NCBI GenBank assembly: GCA_028023455.1
Contig: JAQFVV010000002.1
Span: 2,356,001-2,420,000 of the forward strand
Origin: Epiperipatus broadwayi
Taxonomy: Eukaryota; Animalia; Onychophora
Length of the DNA stretch: 64,000 nt
Direction of reading: 5' to 3'
A program made the position numbers and the translations under genes. Below, one piece after another: positions 28,196-41,600 of the stretch. The notes under the pieces are model-generated. The model ran no database searches and was not told the origin of the DNA. It worked only from the letters and a program-made list of their open reading frames with translations. Numbering within the stretch: position 1 is the stretch's first letter; each line of letters begins with the position of its first letter.

Positions 28196-29113
28196 AAAAA
28201 TAAATTGAGATACTGGAAATCTATTTGTGCTCATTATAATGCTTATCTGATAGCCAATCAGATGTTGTAATAGCTGTCCAAGTGACAATCAAACTGTAAA
28301 CACATGACAAAGAATTTATGGTGCAAAGAGATTTCCAGTATCTCAATTTATTTCAGTTTCAACTGTCTATGCTTCACAAATTAAAATATTATTTACATAC
28401 TTTACTGCAAGTTACATCATTTGAAAAACTATTGCTTAGTAAATCATAGGATTTCATGCTGTATGTTTATAATTTAGACTCAGTGAGTTAATTGTGAAGA
28501 TATTTAAAAAGCTTCACGCTTTCAAACTTAAATACTTTCGACTGGCTTAGATATATAGAAAGAAAAGTAGAGAAAAGGGTGGCCACACTTTTCTCGTAAA
28601 TTCTTTGTCATGTGTTTACAATTTGATTATTTTGATAGCCATCATAACATCTGATTGGCTGTCAGATAAACATTATAACAAGTGCAAAGAGATTTCCAGT
28701 ATCTCAATTTATTTCAGTTTCAACTGTCTGCGCTTCACAAATTAAAATATTATTTACATACTTTACTGCAAGTATTTGAAAAACTACTGCATAGTAAATC
28801 ATAGGATTTTGCACTGTACATTTATAATTTAGACTCAGTGAGATAATTGTGAAGATATTTAAAAAGCTTCACGCTTTCAAATTTAAATACTTTCAACTGG
28901 CTTAGATATATAGAAAGAAGTGTAGAGAAAAGGGTGGCTGCCCTTTTCTCATAAATTCTATGTCATCTGTTTACTGTTTGATAGTCATTTGGACAGCCAT
29001 CACAACATCTGATTGGCTGTCAGATAAGTATTATAACGAGTGCAAAGAGATTTCCAGTATCTCAATTTATTTCAGTTTCAACCGTCTGCGCTTCGCAAAA
29101 TAAAATATTATTT
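28196..29113. mobile_element. Insertion with a ~120-bp inverted end and ~2.2 tandem copies of a ~360-bp unit
   Basis: Unit start GTGCAAAGAGATTTCCAGTATCTC at 28321, 28682 and 29040. 28198-28320 is an inverted copy of the unit junction. ATTACTTTTTT flanks both sides (28185-28195 and 29114-29124). Confidence 0.8.
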
Positions 29114-30262
29114 ATTACTTTTTTTAGTAATTGATAACCACCATCAACACATATATGCATGACCACACACATATCTCAACATGATTACTGTGAATAAATT
29201 AGAAATGAAATTTTATGTATAAATTCAAAATGTGTTAAAATGATCAATGTTTTAAAATAATATTCAAAACAATAACAAATTTCTTGATAAGAATCTTGTA
29301 AGGAAAATCATGAGATCATGTATAGTTGTAGCAATGAATCTGATATTATTATTATTGAGAAATGACAGAAAATAAAAATAAAATGGTTGGTGAATGAATA
29401 TTAAAACAAATTGAAAGAATATAACTTTTGATTCCCATTTTAAATATATATGGCTCATCATAGAAGAAAACAGACCTAAGCAATCTTCACTTTATTACAG
29501 AAAGGAACAATGTATATATTTATTAAAATCTATACAAATAAACTTTATTTGACACTAGGTGGCGTTTATAGTACAACTGCAGTGTAGATCATTTTTCTAA
29601 ACTCAAAATAATTTACTTGTATATCTTATAGTGTGGATTTTTTTTTTTTGTATCAAACAAAGGGGTAAATATCTTTGCTTTAAAATTCCACAGTGTTGCA
29701 TCAATGATTTTAAATAATTAAAGGTGTGCTAAGCAAAATTTAAAACTGAAATTACTGACAGCAGGATCCAATATGGATGCTGATAAAAATTCTAATGTTA
29801 ATGAAGATAAACACAATATGAACTTAAGAACCAAGAAGATAGAAATTATGAAGATTAATAGTCCTTCAAAGTTACCTAGTTTGACAAAAAAATGCAAAGG
29901 AAAAAAATGTATTATCTCAAAAAAGCTTTCAGAGTAAAAAAGAAAAAAGTTTCATTGCTAAATCTTTAGATAATAATCAACCTCACCCTAATGTCACATA
30001 GAGTTGCAAAAGAATATGAAAACTAGAATCAAAAAATGATTTCAATGCAAAAACAAAATGATATTTCAACAATAAATAGTGATTTTGAATTTATCAAAAA
30101 TTCAGGAAAATTCATCAAGATTTGAAACAATTATAAGTGATAATAGATCGCTAACAGTTACAACGCAAAAAATAAAAAAATTGACGATATAGAGGCCGCT
30201 AAACCGGAAGTGCCCAAATTTGATGAGTTTAATTAAGCTTGTTTTAAATAGGAATTCTTCTA

Positions 30263-30774
30263 AAGGTAAACGTGAACTTGCCAGGTCACAACAAAATTTT
30301 GTACTTTAAATTTTTTCACCAGAGTGTTTCTTGTCGAACCATTTAAAAATTTGTTGTGAAATATCAACTACATGGTGGCATAAAATTATATTATAAAAAA
30401 ATAATAACAACTAATATTATAAAAAGTATCTGATAAAAAATAATTTATTAAAATAATGTTTATCTTTCCAACATTCATAATTACTGTCCATTGTAGTTTT
30501 CGGACAGATGTCCATCTTTGCGAATTTTATCACTTGTATAAGCTAAAACTACAATGGTCAGTAATTCTGAATGATGATAGAATATATTATTTTAATAAAT
30601 TATTTTTTATCAGATATTTAATTATTTTTTTATAATATAATTTTATGCCACTATGTATTTGATATTTCACAAATTTTTAAATAATTCAACAAGAAACACT
30701 CTGGTGAAAAAAATGTGAACTACAAAAAAAATAATTTGAATTTTGTAGTGACCTGGCAAGTTCATGTTTACCCT
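30263..30774. mobile_element. ~510-bp almost fully palindromic MITE inserted in LINE ORF1
   Basis: GGTAAACGTGAACTTGCCAGGTCAC / GTGACCTGGCAAGTTCATGTTTACC termini and ~230-bp inverted arms. TCTA (or TTCTAA) is repeated on both flanks. Confidence 0.88.
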
Positions 30775-33700
30775 TCTAAAAACATGTTTTCAAGGACAAA
30801 TTTAGACAAAAAAGACTTAAATAAAGCTTCCCATATAAAGGGAATATCTCCAAAATTATTTCAAGGAAGTGGCATTGCAAAAAATACACCAGTGAAAAAT
30901 CAAAAAAATTTTAAAAATTCATATTGTAATGATGTTTCAAAAAATCAAAGTCAAATGACTAATAATAATAATTTACAAACTGAAATGTACTTTCCTAGTC
31001 TTAATCAAACCACTAATATTACAAAGAGAAACTAAATAGAAATGCAATAGAACATAATGTTTCTTATGCTCAAAAGCTAAAAACTAATAGTAATAATAAA
31101 AATAAAAATGCTTTAAATGCACAAAGTCAAATACAAGAAGATAGGTTGATGCTGATCAGATTACAGATCACATGAGTGGGTTAGAACTAATTGATGATGG
31201 GGAAGATGAACAAAGGTAGCAGGTAAAGTGAACTTAGAACTTTATGAGAAAGTTAGCAATGAGTTCAATGACACGATACTTTTCTTGCTATTCAATTCCT
31301 TCAGAAATTATGACAGCAATTCTACATTGATATTGACAATAACAAATGAACATTGTAATCTCTTTCCATTTCCCACTAATGAATTCTTTTTACTAATCAA
31401 AAGTCAAAATCTGGGTGACTCAATTAAGAAAATTTTCCACCATTCAAACGGGAGGTATTTTGTCATAGAATTCATTATATTTTGCAGAAGGAAATATTCA
31501 GATGGAGTCAGAATGTGTTGCACAATAGATTCCTGATAAAAATAGACATGTCAAGGCCCAAAATTGCACATGGAGTTATCAGAAATTGTTATAGAAATTT
31601 TAATGGTATTGACCTTCAAAAACTATTACATGACTATGGTGTTATCATAGCATTTAAATAACTTTCCAAAAGAAGGTTTGGACTAGAAATTCCATCAAAT
31701 ACAGCAACCTTCTCTCTAAAATTTAGAAATATCATTCAATGATCTTCCATCAGCATTAGAAAAAATAAATTCCCCATGTTCCTGTCCATACATGGTGTTC
31801 AACCACAATGCTTCATCTGTGGTGACAGAACACATTTTGTGAGGTCATGCCCAACTAAAAATTGTCAAAGTTGTGGTATTCGGAATGGCAGATTTCACAG
31901 ATGCGGGGCAAATTCCAAAAATACCAAATTAACTCAAGATTCTGCTAATGTGAGCACAGGAATCATGGACCAACAAGTAGCCTCTACAAGTATGCAAGAC
32001 ATGCTAAAAAATCATGAAGAAATAGGTTTAATTGATATGGAGGTTGAAATTGTGACAGCACCTACTATCCAGGTGTCAAGTGAGGAAGCAGAATTTAATT
32101 TACATAAGGTGAGTGAGAAGCAGCTTATAACTGGCAGAACCAGTTTAGAAGATTTTTATTTTGTCACCGAGAGCAAGACATTGATCCTAATGGTGAATAA
32201 GAGGAAATCACACAACACTTCAGTTCACAACTAGAGGATGACTCAACTCTGATTTCAGAAACTGTTTCCAAGGATGACTGTGATAGCAATAAAACAATGA
32301 GGTCCAGAAATCCAAGATTAAAACCAATCAGGGGAAGATCAAAGAAGACAAAAATAAAGAAAATGGAAGAAAATAGTGAGGTGGTTATTAAGCAAATCAA
32401 CAGCAGCAGACAATTAAGAGGAACATCCCACCAGATAATGTGTCTGGGGATGGTTCCAACATTACTGTTAGATTTGGAAATGCTGTAAGATGGTCAGATT
32501 AAATATATTGTAGAAGCACCACAACTTCATCTCCCAATATAGCAACATCAGTTAAATGCTTATCAAAATTGCGGGAGTAAATGTTAGAATGCTAAACTCC
32601 ATGAAGTTTATGCCCTCAAGAGATAGATAGACAACAGTGATCTGGACATAGCTTGCCTGAGTGAAACAAAACTTCACTGGCAGTCTAATGCAAGGATCGA
32701 CTAAACTCTTAGCTTATCTGGGGTCCTAATATATTATCTGTCAAATGCAGCCTCATCTGGCAAAACAGTAATTATTAAAAACTCCAAATTAGACAGATTA
32801 AGAACTTTATATCTTATTCAAGATCTATTAATTATTGAAATTACAATTACAAATGTATTAGTGATCCTTATATATACATATGTTCAAGGAAGCCCCAGAT
32901 TGGTTGAATACACAATTAATATGATTAATTCAGTCTTGGTCTCACCCCAATGTCACCAATAATATTATTTGGGGATTTTAACATGAGCTATCATCAATTT
33001 AATCAGAGTGTTATCTGTATATGATTAATAGAGTGCTGTTGTGCAGTGAAGGATGCTTTCCACAAAACACTTTCTCCTTCTACACATAGCAACACAAAAC
33101 TTAATTGATTTACTCTATTATAGTGGAGAAATTCATCATGATTTAGAAGCCAAACTGCAATTTGTAACTTATTCTGATCATTTAGCCATGTTAATTTCCT
33201 TACATGTAGACTCTCTATCATTAACTCCCATGATCAACATGAAAACAATAGAATGTTAAATAAAGAAAATACACTGAATGGATATTCTCCAAAACATATA
33301 TCCTCTTCCACAAAATCCAGCTCCTTTCCTTGGATCCATTGCAGTCATGGTCAGTGTTTGTGGGAATTTTAGGTTCTCTGATCAACACCTTTACTAGGAG
33401 AATCAAGGGGCCCACAAGACTTTTAAAGAAGGTGGACATCATATTAGAAAGAGTCAGTGAGCTAACAACTATGAAGGCCAAGGTGGAAAATATCCTTAGC
33501 CTTAAAAAGCAGTACAGAGATAAACAGAAGGTGCTTGCAAATTATATTGCAGTAAAGAGAGCCAAGATCTATTTATCCATAAACAACAACTGGACACAAA
33601 GTTATCTGGGATGGGCCATTGGTGCATGGAGAAGACCCATGCATTCAATGCTGTCCATAGATAATTGTAACTACATAGTAAGCACTATGTTGGAAAAAAT

Positions 33701-33974
33701 AGTTGATCACTTTAGGAAGAAGTTGTAGAATTTCAGTTACAAGATTGGAAATGTTTGGCAAGGTAACCCAGCATCGCAAAATCATGCCATTACTGAGCAG
33801 CAAATTCTCCATTGACTGAGATCTTATCCAGAACATGTACATCTGGGCCTGAACAGGATACCACAATTTGTCTTGTTGCACCCGAGTAATTTCAGTTAAA
33901 ATAATACATCAAATTCATTGGGGTGCTGGCTGGGGAATTTCAAATGATCCCTGACTTGTACCCAATTGTAAATA

Positions 33975-34095
33975 AACAAGGCAAAACTCTATAGTGCCAC
34001 CCTGTGCCAATCAGAGTAATCAATGGATGCCAGAAGGCTTGTGCATAAAATCCCTATCTAGTGGCTACTGTATGGAGAGAGTTTTGCCTTGTTTA
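33975..34095. mobile_element. Small TIR element (AGGCAAAACTC termini); related copies at ~34385-34480 and ~46816-46945
   Basis: AACAAGGCAAAACTCT...AGAGTTTTGCCTTGTT with shared core AGTAATCAATGGATGCCAGAAGGCTTGTGCATAAA. Confidence 0.75.
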
Positions 34096-36889
34096 ATAAA
34101 CAATTGTGCTAGTGTGAGATAGTGATCATGTGATGTTTAGTGGTTTACCCAATTGTAATTGTGCCTTTTCTCAAAAAGCCATTGAATCCATCTCCATTAA
34201 CTAAATTTAAGACCCATATCAGTAACCCCATTATTAATAAAAATCATCAAATCACTTGTTAAGGATAAGATCCAACAGTGGCTGCTCAATAAAATTTTCT
34301 TGCACCAATTTTCCCTCAAGGGATCATCCACCATTAAGGCAGTAAGATTTGCCTTATTGGTGATTATATTTACTGCACTTAAATTAAACAGGCAAAACTT
34401 TCCATACAGTAGTGCCAACCAGAATAATCAATAGATGCCATAAGGCTTGTACATAAAATTCCCATCTAGTGCCTCTCATCCAATATCTCCAGACTAGTTT
34501 CTGGCTTGTGGCCTTTATCAGTGAGGAGCCTTGGATCTGAGATGATCATGTGATGTTTAGCAATTAAATTAAACATAGCATTTTGGATAATTGTTGTCAC
34601 ACAAATTTTAAACTAATGTATTTTCTCTGTGAAAATATTTTTTTTAAGAAATGATATTAATGGATGTTACCTCCTAAAAGAAAAAAAGAAAACTTGTTAT
34701 GAACATTTTAAACTTGTCATTAATAGATTTTCATTCATATCTCAATTTTTATTTGCCTTTCCACAAGGATTAAGTTTATGCCCCCCACTGGGATTTTACA
34801 ACTAAAATGCCTAAAGATTTTTAATCATTTTTGAAACACTTGAAAAGATCATATGGATAAAATATAGGAACGTTTAGAAAAACTTTATGTGAACTATAAA
34901 ATGTAGGGGATATATGCATTTTTTTATCATATATGGCTATTTATTATTATATAAAGAGTTATTTTTGTTCAATCAAAAGTTCTCACAAAAAGAAAGGTAT
35001 AAACAAATTATTATACATGTAATATATTTAAATTATATTGTTATAATTTAACAAGTATAAATTCAGTGTATATGTGCATTTTAAGTGTATTTTGAAGACA
35101 GGTTGTTCTTTAATAATTAATTATTATCTATAATTAAAATAATATTTTATATGCTTCTTATGTTTTATTGATCCCAAGTGTAGTCCATGATGTCATAATG
35201 AAATGCTATAAGATATCTGAAGTGTATGCATAAATGATTGTATAAATATTTTATCAGTATCATCCGTTGTGTCTCTATATAGGTTTGTTAATAATCCTAT
35301 AAAAATATTTTGTATAATTGCTTACATTTGTTGTAATAAAACTTAAAGAAATATTTTTGTTTAGCAGAGAAAACTCCTAATAGCCTATATTTATAGTCTT
35401 ATTTGTAAATGTTAGTTAAATAAGCATCTTATGTATTGCCACTTGTACATATAAAGTTAAGAAAAATACATCATATTTTTAAAGTAATATATTAGAGTAG
35501 GGTAAATATTTTCTTCATAATGAAGTTTATATTAGCCAGATAACTAGAAGACAACAGATTAGATTGTTTTAATTAGAGATCCAATAAACTATCCTTTCAC
35601 TTTATTAATTTTTAGTAATACTTAAGTTTTTTATCAAGTGCTGAACAACCTTCTCCAATAATATATTTCTCTCATATCACATAAAGTTACACTGTACAGT
35701 TTATTTACTAAAAAAGTAAAGATGCTAATTAAAACATTGTGAGAAGTTATTTATCATAATGCTGAAAACTTGTTATTATTAGATTTTTTTATTTAAATTT
35801 TAATTTATTGTTAATAAATTGATATTTTATATTTATTAAATTACTTGGTTTTCATTTTTCATTATTTTATTAATACTCATTCTTCATCTATTTAATAAAT
35901 AATTATGGTAGGTGATTTTATTATTATTATGCATTTATTTAAAGGTACACTATTTTATCAATAATGTTATTTATGTTTAGTGCTAATATTCATGCCCAAT
36001 CTAAATATTAATGCTTAATTACTTATGATATGTATTAAATACAATAAAATATCTTTTTCTATTTAGTCATATCAATAATAAAAATTTATAAGTAAAGATT
36101 AATATTTTAAATCCTGAAATAACCTTAGATTTGATTTATGTGATATGAAAACTTAGAATGTATATGCTAGCCATAGCATATCATTATTATTTATTCCTAC
36201 ATATTTATAATGCTTTCCTAATAGTAAAATATTCTGTTTACATTAAAAGACGTTATTGTGACTGTCAGCTTAGTACAAGGTTAAGCTAATGCTATGCTGG
36301 TCACTATTCAGTTAAATTCATTTATTTCATCCATTACAATATACATAATTAAAAGCTTTTGTATTTTATGTCTGATTTATGTTTTGTAGATGCAAAAATA
36401 TAGACTGAAATAAGTTCTACTTTTTTGTTTAAATGTGAATGAGATTTCAGCTGGCAATGCCAATTTCTAATTGGTACATTGCCTAGTTAGGTTATAACTA
36501 TCATTTATCTATAAAATACATAAAAACTTCCCATTGAAATTTAAAATGTTTATTTATTGAAAATAATAATAATGGGGTTTTAAATAGCCTATAGCAGGCC
36601 AAAGATATCACCAGTGTTTCATTACATATCAGTAATGAAAAAGATGGCTTTCAATTTCTACCTAAATTTAAAACCCAGATCATATACAAATTTCTGAGGC
36701 AGATAAAATTATTATTTACAGAATGTAAAAAAAAAAAGGTGTGAATTTTAAAACTTCTCAATCATAAAAATAGCTTTCTAGTTTAAAATTTATATAATAA
36801 CCTGGATAGGAAAAAAAAGGATCTTTTTTAATTTTAATTAAACTCAAGACAAAAAAAAACAATATTGGGTATGGTGATTATATTGCTTT

Positions 36890-37310
36890 TTATGATGCAT
36901 TGCAGCTATGTGATTGAGACACAGACATTAAAGAATCAAAAGAGAACAAAAGTTGAAGATTTTAGGATGAAGTATTATAGAAGGATTCTTCATATATCTT
37001 GAACACATAAGAAAACTAATCAATAAGTTTTGGAGAATGTAGCTACAATAAAATAATAGGTGGAGATGATACAATAGTAAAAATTACAAAATGTAAACAT
37101 GACAGATTACTACACTTGAAAAAGATATTATATTTGAATTGGCTAATGGATCAACAGAAATAGAACCAAGATTGTCATAAATGGATATATTATAAAATGA
37201 ATAGGATTAACAATATAGAAGAGCAGACAATGGAACAATCTAAAGATAGTTCATCTACATTGTTGCCCATCATCAGTTCCATGGATTAGATGGATGATGA
37301 TGATGAGAGC
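36890..37310 (+). mobile_element. RTE-clade LINE 3' fragment
   Basis: Degenerate YAAxTW..FxMKYYRRILHIS*..KxTNxxVL motif; ends in a (GAT)n tail. Confidence 0.6.
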
Positions 37311-38154
37311 AAAGTATTTTAGTTTTAGACTGCCCATAGTATACTATTGATACTTTTCTAGCAATATTTTTTTTTCATTTATGTAAAAATAGCCCCATAA
37401 ATTACTTTGCTTATGTCATAATAAAATCATGAAAATATTTATTAGAACATATATATATTCAAAATCTTAAGATCAATATTTCTATATGAGTTTTTCCCTT
37501 TATAAACAATGATGATAAGCATTGTATTATTGTAGTGTGTTAAATATTTGCCTGAATATTAAAAAAGGGTTTTGTTTTGTTTTTTAAATTATTATAATTT
37601 ATTATTTTTGAATAGAAAATAATACAATATTTAATTCCAAATATTTTCAATTAAATTAATAGTTTTGATGATATTAATAATAAAACTAAAAATTGAGTTT
37701 AACACTATCAACAGGAAGAAAAATTATATATAAAAAAAGAAAAATCCATGAATGAATAAATTTCATTTAGCACAAGTGATGATCTTCCGCATTTTTCTAT
37801 TGACTGTCAGTTTGCTTACTTTTCCCCCATTTCATTATTATATTACTATAATCAGATAGATTGAAAACTATTTGAAATAAAAGGAATGTTTGCTTAGCTA
37901 TTTTCCTTTTCTTTTTTGAACAGAAGCAACAATGAACAAAACATCTATAATCTAAATTAAATATTTGCTTAATTTACAATTGTAAAGAAGAGGTTATAAG
38001 TTAACAAAAAATATTTTCATTTTTTTATTTTTAAGTAAACATTTTACAGAATTGTATTAATTTTATTATATATATAAATTTGCTCACACTTGTAAAAAAC
38101 GGTTAGATTAAAAATAGACTTTATTCACATGTGTGTATGTATTATGTACTTTAC

Positions 38155-38304
38155 AAATACATAAATTCATTCTATAGAATAAAAAGAAACTGAATATTAG
38201 AAGAAAAGGAAATAAAATATTGACAAATAAAATACATAAATTCATTCTATAGAATAAAAAGAAACTGTGAATATTAGAAGGAAATAAAATATTGACAAAT
38301 AAAA
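38155..38304. repeat. ~76-bp tandem duplication
   Basis: AATACATAAATTCATTCTATAGAATAAAAAGAAACTG..AATATTAGAAG..GAAATAAAATATTGACAAATAAAAT occurs twice. Confidence 0.9.
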
Positions 38305-38624
38305 TCTGTTCAATTTTTCTCAGCTTTGGTAGTTTTATTATACTGTTTTGTAATTCTATAGCCAAATAATAGACGGAGATATGCATAGATGATTAGATGA
38401 ATGGACAGATGAAGATATAAATAAATAGGCAGCTAGATTAAAAATATAGATAAATAGATAAATGTAGTGATTTACTAATAGATAAATATATTAAGAGATA
38501 GCTAACTATGTAGGTACATAAAGAGATAGTGAGATATAGATAAATAGATCTATAAGTAATATATAACATCAGCATTTATCAGTTTACTACAAGATAAAAG
38601 TCTAAACAACTTTAATGCAATATA

Positions 38625-41600
38625 TTTTTTTTATATCAAAAACAAACTTTATTAAACCAGAAAATAAATAAATAAATACATAATATTGTATGATAAAATC
38701 AATAGGCAAATTAAAGTTCAATAGGCAGATTCTGCAAAGTGTTAACAATTAAATAAAAAAAGATAGAATAAAAATACAATTTTATATAAGTCTTTTCTAA
38801 AAAAAAAAAAAAAAAAAGGGGGTAATTTATAATATCCAACCTGGTCTTTAAATGTCAATAAGATCCCATTTATTAAATAAATCTTGTGATGATATTCTAT
38901 TGTCTCTTTCTTTTATCGTTCTAATTTTTCCTCTTAGAATCTTCAGAGGATCTGTACAATTAGAATTAAAGAGAATATCACATCGAGTTAGCCATAAACT
39001 ATATATTAAAAAAGTAGCACTTCTAATATCAGCAAAAACTCTGGCTTTAATTGCATGTATCAATAAGCCTTTATGTTTATAAATTAAGCTAATAAAAGAT
39101 CTACAAACTTGAAAATAACTGCATACACCAAAAATGTGTTCAATCGTGTCTTCATCTCTGTGACATCCATGGTTTCTTGTTAAAAAGATACAAGTGGGTA
39201 GTGCATTTAAATTTATTTTTATCAGGAAATCAAAGTATTTTGGCTCCAGACCCACCATCTGAACTTTTTTAGCAGATTAAATGTTGTCAAGTTAAGACTT
39301 GAATTAATAGGCATTATTGCTTCATTAATGAGATAATAAGCCTCCCAATATTGAACTTTTTGTAATTTATACAGATTAGGAATTAGGTTCATTTTTTTAA
39401 TTTCAAATAAAATAAAATTCTTGAGGGATAATATGATTCAGTCTCAAAAATAAGTTGAAGGCCCGCTGGAGTCTAAACACTTTCAGTGAGTTCAGCCCAA
39501 GATCACTTAGTCTGGTAGGTGTGTGCATCTTCCTGAGACTAATTGCTACAGTCTCCCCCCCCCATTGTAGCCTAGAACAAATTGAATTGATACCATGAAT
39601 GAATTTAGCTGTGAATTTAATAATGGCATGAAGTAAGTAATCCTTGGAAATAGCAACATGTTCAAAAAGGCTGTCTTGGAATAAAGAGACATACACCTGG
39701 GTCTCTTTTTATGCGGATTTATTTAATGCGATTTTGAAGTTACGTGATTCACGTTTCTCTGGAAATCAAACTCCGATAATGCGCTATTACTTTAAATAAT
39801 AAATTTCGCACACTTACATCATATTAAAAGTAATAGCACATTATTGGAATTCAACTTTCATCTTAGTAATTTCAATATGAAATTAAAATCATGATTTCCA
39901 CATTTGATGTATACACACATTAAATTTTACAAGATTATAATGTAAATTTGTTCAAACATTGTGCGTGTTAATTTTGCATTTTAAATCACATTCTGTTTTT
40001 GCTTTATAAATTATTAATCATTTAGTGTCCGCAAGTTTATTTTTAAAAGGTGAGTAATAGCAGTGGGCACAATTAAAATTGAAAATTAAAAAATTAAAGA
40101 CAAAAATAAGAATTTAATTTTTAGTTGTTAGATTAATTACTAATTACGTTATCACCAGAAAACCATTAACACAACATGAGAGTGACGTTGGCGCTAGTTG
40201 TATTTCCTCTTGTGAAGAATTTGATTTTTTACCAGTTTGCAAACGAACCTGTTTAATGGCAAATAGCGATAATAATTAAAACGTGTATAAAAAATGTAAA
40301 TTACTGTAAATTATGCATAAAAATATATTGTTTTGAATAAAATTAAATATAGTTAAAAAAAGTTTGTCTTGTATCAATTTTTTTCAAATTTGAAATTTTT
40401 TATTAGTCACATTTTATTTGCTTATTTTTTTTTTGCGCCAATTTTAAAGTAATTTTACGTTGGTGCTTTGCTTTTATGTGATCTTTAAAAAATGACAGTC
40501 CTTATCCCCCCTTTTTCAAGGTAAGTTATGTCTATTTTTGCATGATTTCGTTTGCACGTGTTTTCTGAGAAACCTATCTACCGCGTAAAATGAGACCCAG
40601 GTGTATAGACTTTCTGTAGAGAACCAACTATTCTATTAGTTATTAAAATGATTGAATTTTGGACCTCTCTTCTCATTGCAAGCTGAGAGAGGTTAAATGC
40701 AAATCCAAGAAATTTTTGTGGTTTAGCTGTGAAGAGTGAGGGAATATTGTTTCCAGAGGATAGTCTCCATGCTGTTGCTTTTTCAAGGTTGAAACTAAGC
40801 CCTGAATTTTCTGAAAAAGTGGACATAAGCTTCATGAGATCTGGAATGTACTTCCGAGAAGGCAGGAATATGGCTATATCATCCATGTATGCAATTAGAT
40901 GAATTTCTTTATTAATGTAAGGAATGAAGATTCCAGGAATATTTTTCTCTATAGATTTCAGGAAAGAATAAACATATAAATAAATAAAAGTGCACTTAAA
41001 GGAGAGCCCTGAGGAATAGATTTAGTAGGAATGAAAGACTCTGTTAATTTATCATTTAAAGATATAGCAATTTTCCTATTAGAAAGTAGATTAGAAATTA
41101 TGTTGATTATCCCAGGATTAATATCCATGTCAGCAAGCAACTGAACCATGTGTAGAATCCTGACAGAATCAAATGCAGCTGCAATATCCAGCTGGATAAC
41201 AATAGGTTTCGATTTTCTATTTCTTCTGATATGTTCAACAATTAATTTGAAAAGGCTGATCGCTTATAACGTTGAAGCCCCTTTTTTTGAAATTGACAGC
41301 TAGATATTTGTAACAGAATCTGATCCTGGATTTTATCCTTGATTATAGATTCAATGATCTTTATTAACAGAGGAGTCATTGAGATTGGCCACAGATTTCC
41401 AAGAGGGGAAGGTATAATTTCCTTCTTGAGAAATGGTACCATGGCAATGGGATATAGACCATCAATTAACCATGAATCTGCAGCAAGATAATTAACCATA
41501 TTACATATAATTGGTATGGAAACAGCTTCAAGATGCTTTAGTATAAATTTTGGAATACCATGTAGACCAGGATGAGTACTGTCAGGTATTGATGCAAGTT

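Larger units (their letters stand above)
29774..34385 (+). mobile_element. Degenerate L1/Tx1-like LINE (ORF1, APE, start of RT), 3' part missing
   Basis: ORF1 zinc knuckle PQCFICGDRTHFVRSCP (31776 ORF); APE start MLIKIAGVNVRMLNS at ~32557; GDFN and SDH-type motifs; HLGLNRIPQF (~33845); PISVTPLLIKIIKSLVKDKIQ (~34215), homologous to the 41242 ORF. Confidence 0.85.

Noticed and set aside
28321-29113. Tandem array as a CRISPR array or retrozyme
   Set aside because: Eukaryotic context with no repeat-spacer structure. No CUGANGA/GAAA pair was found on either strand.
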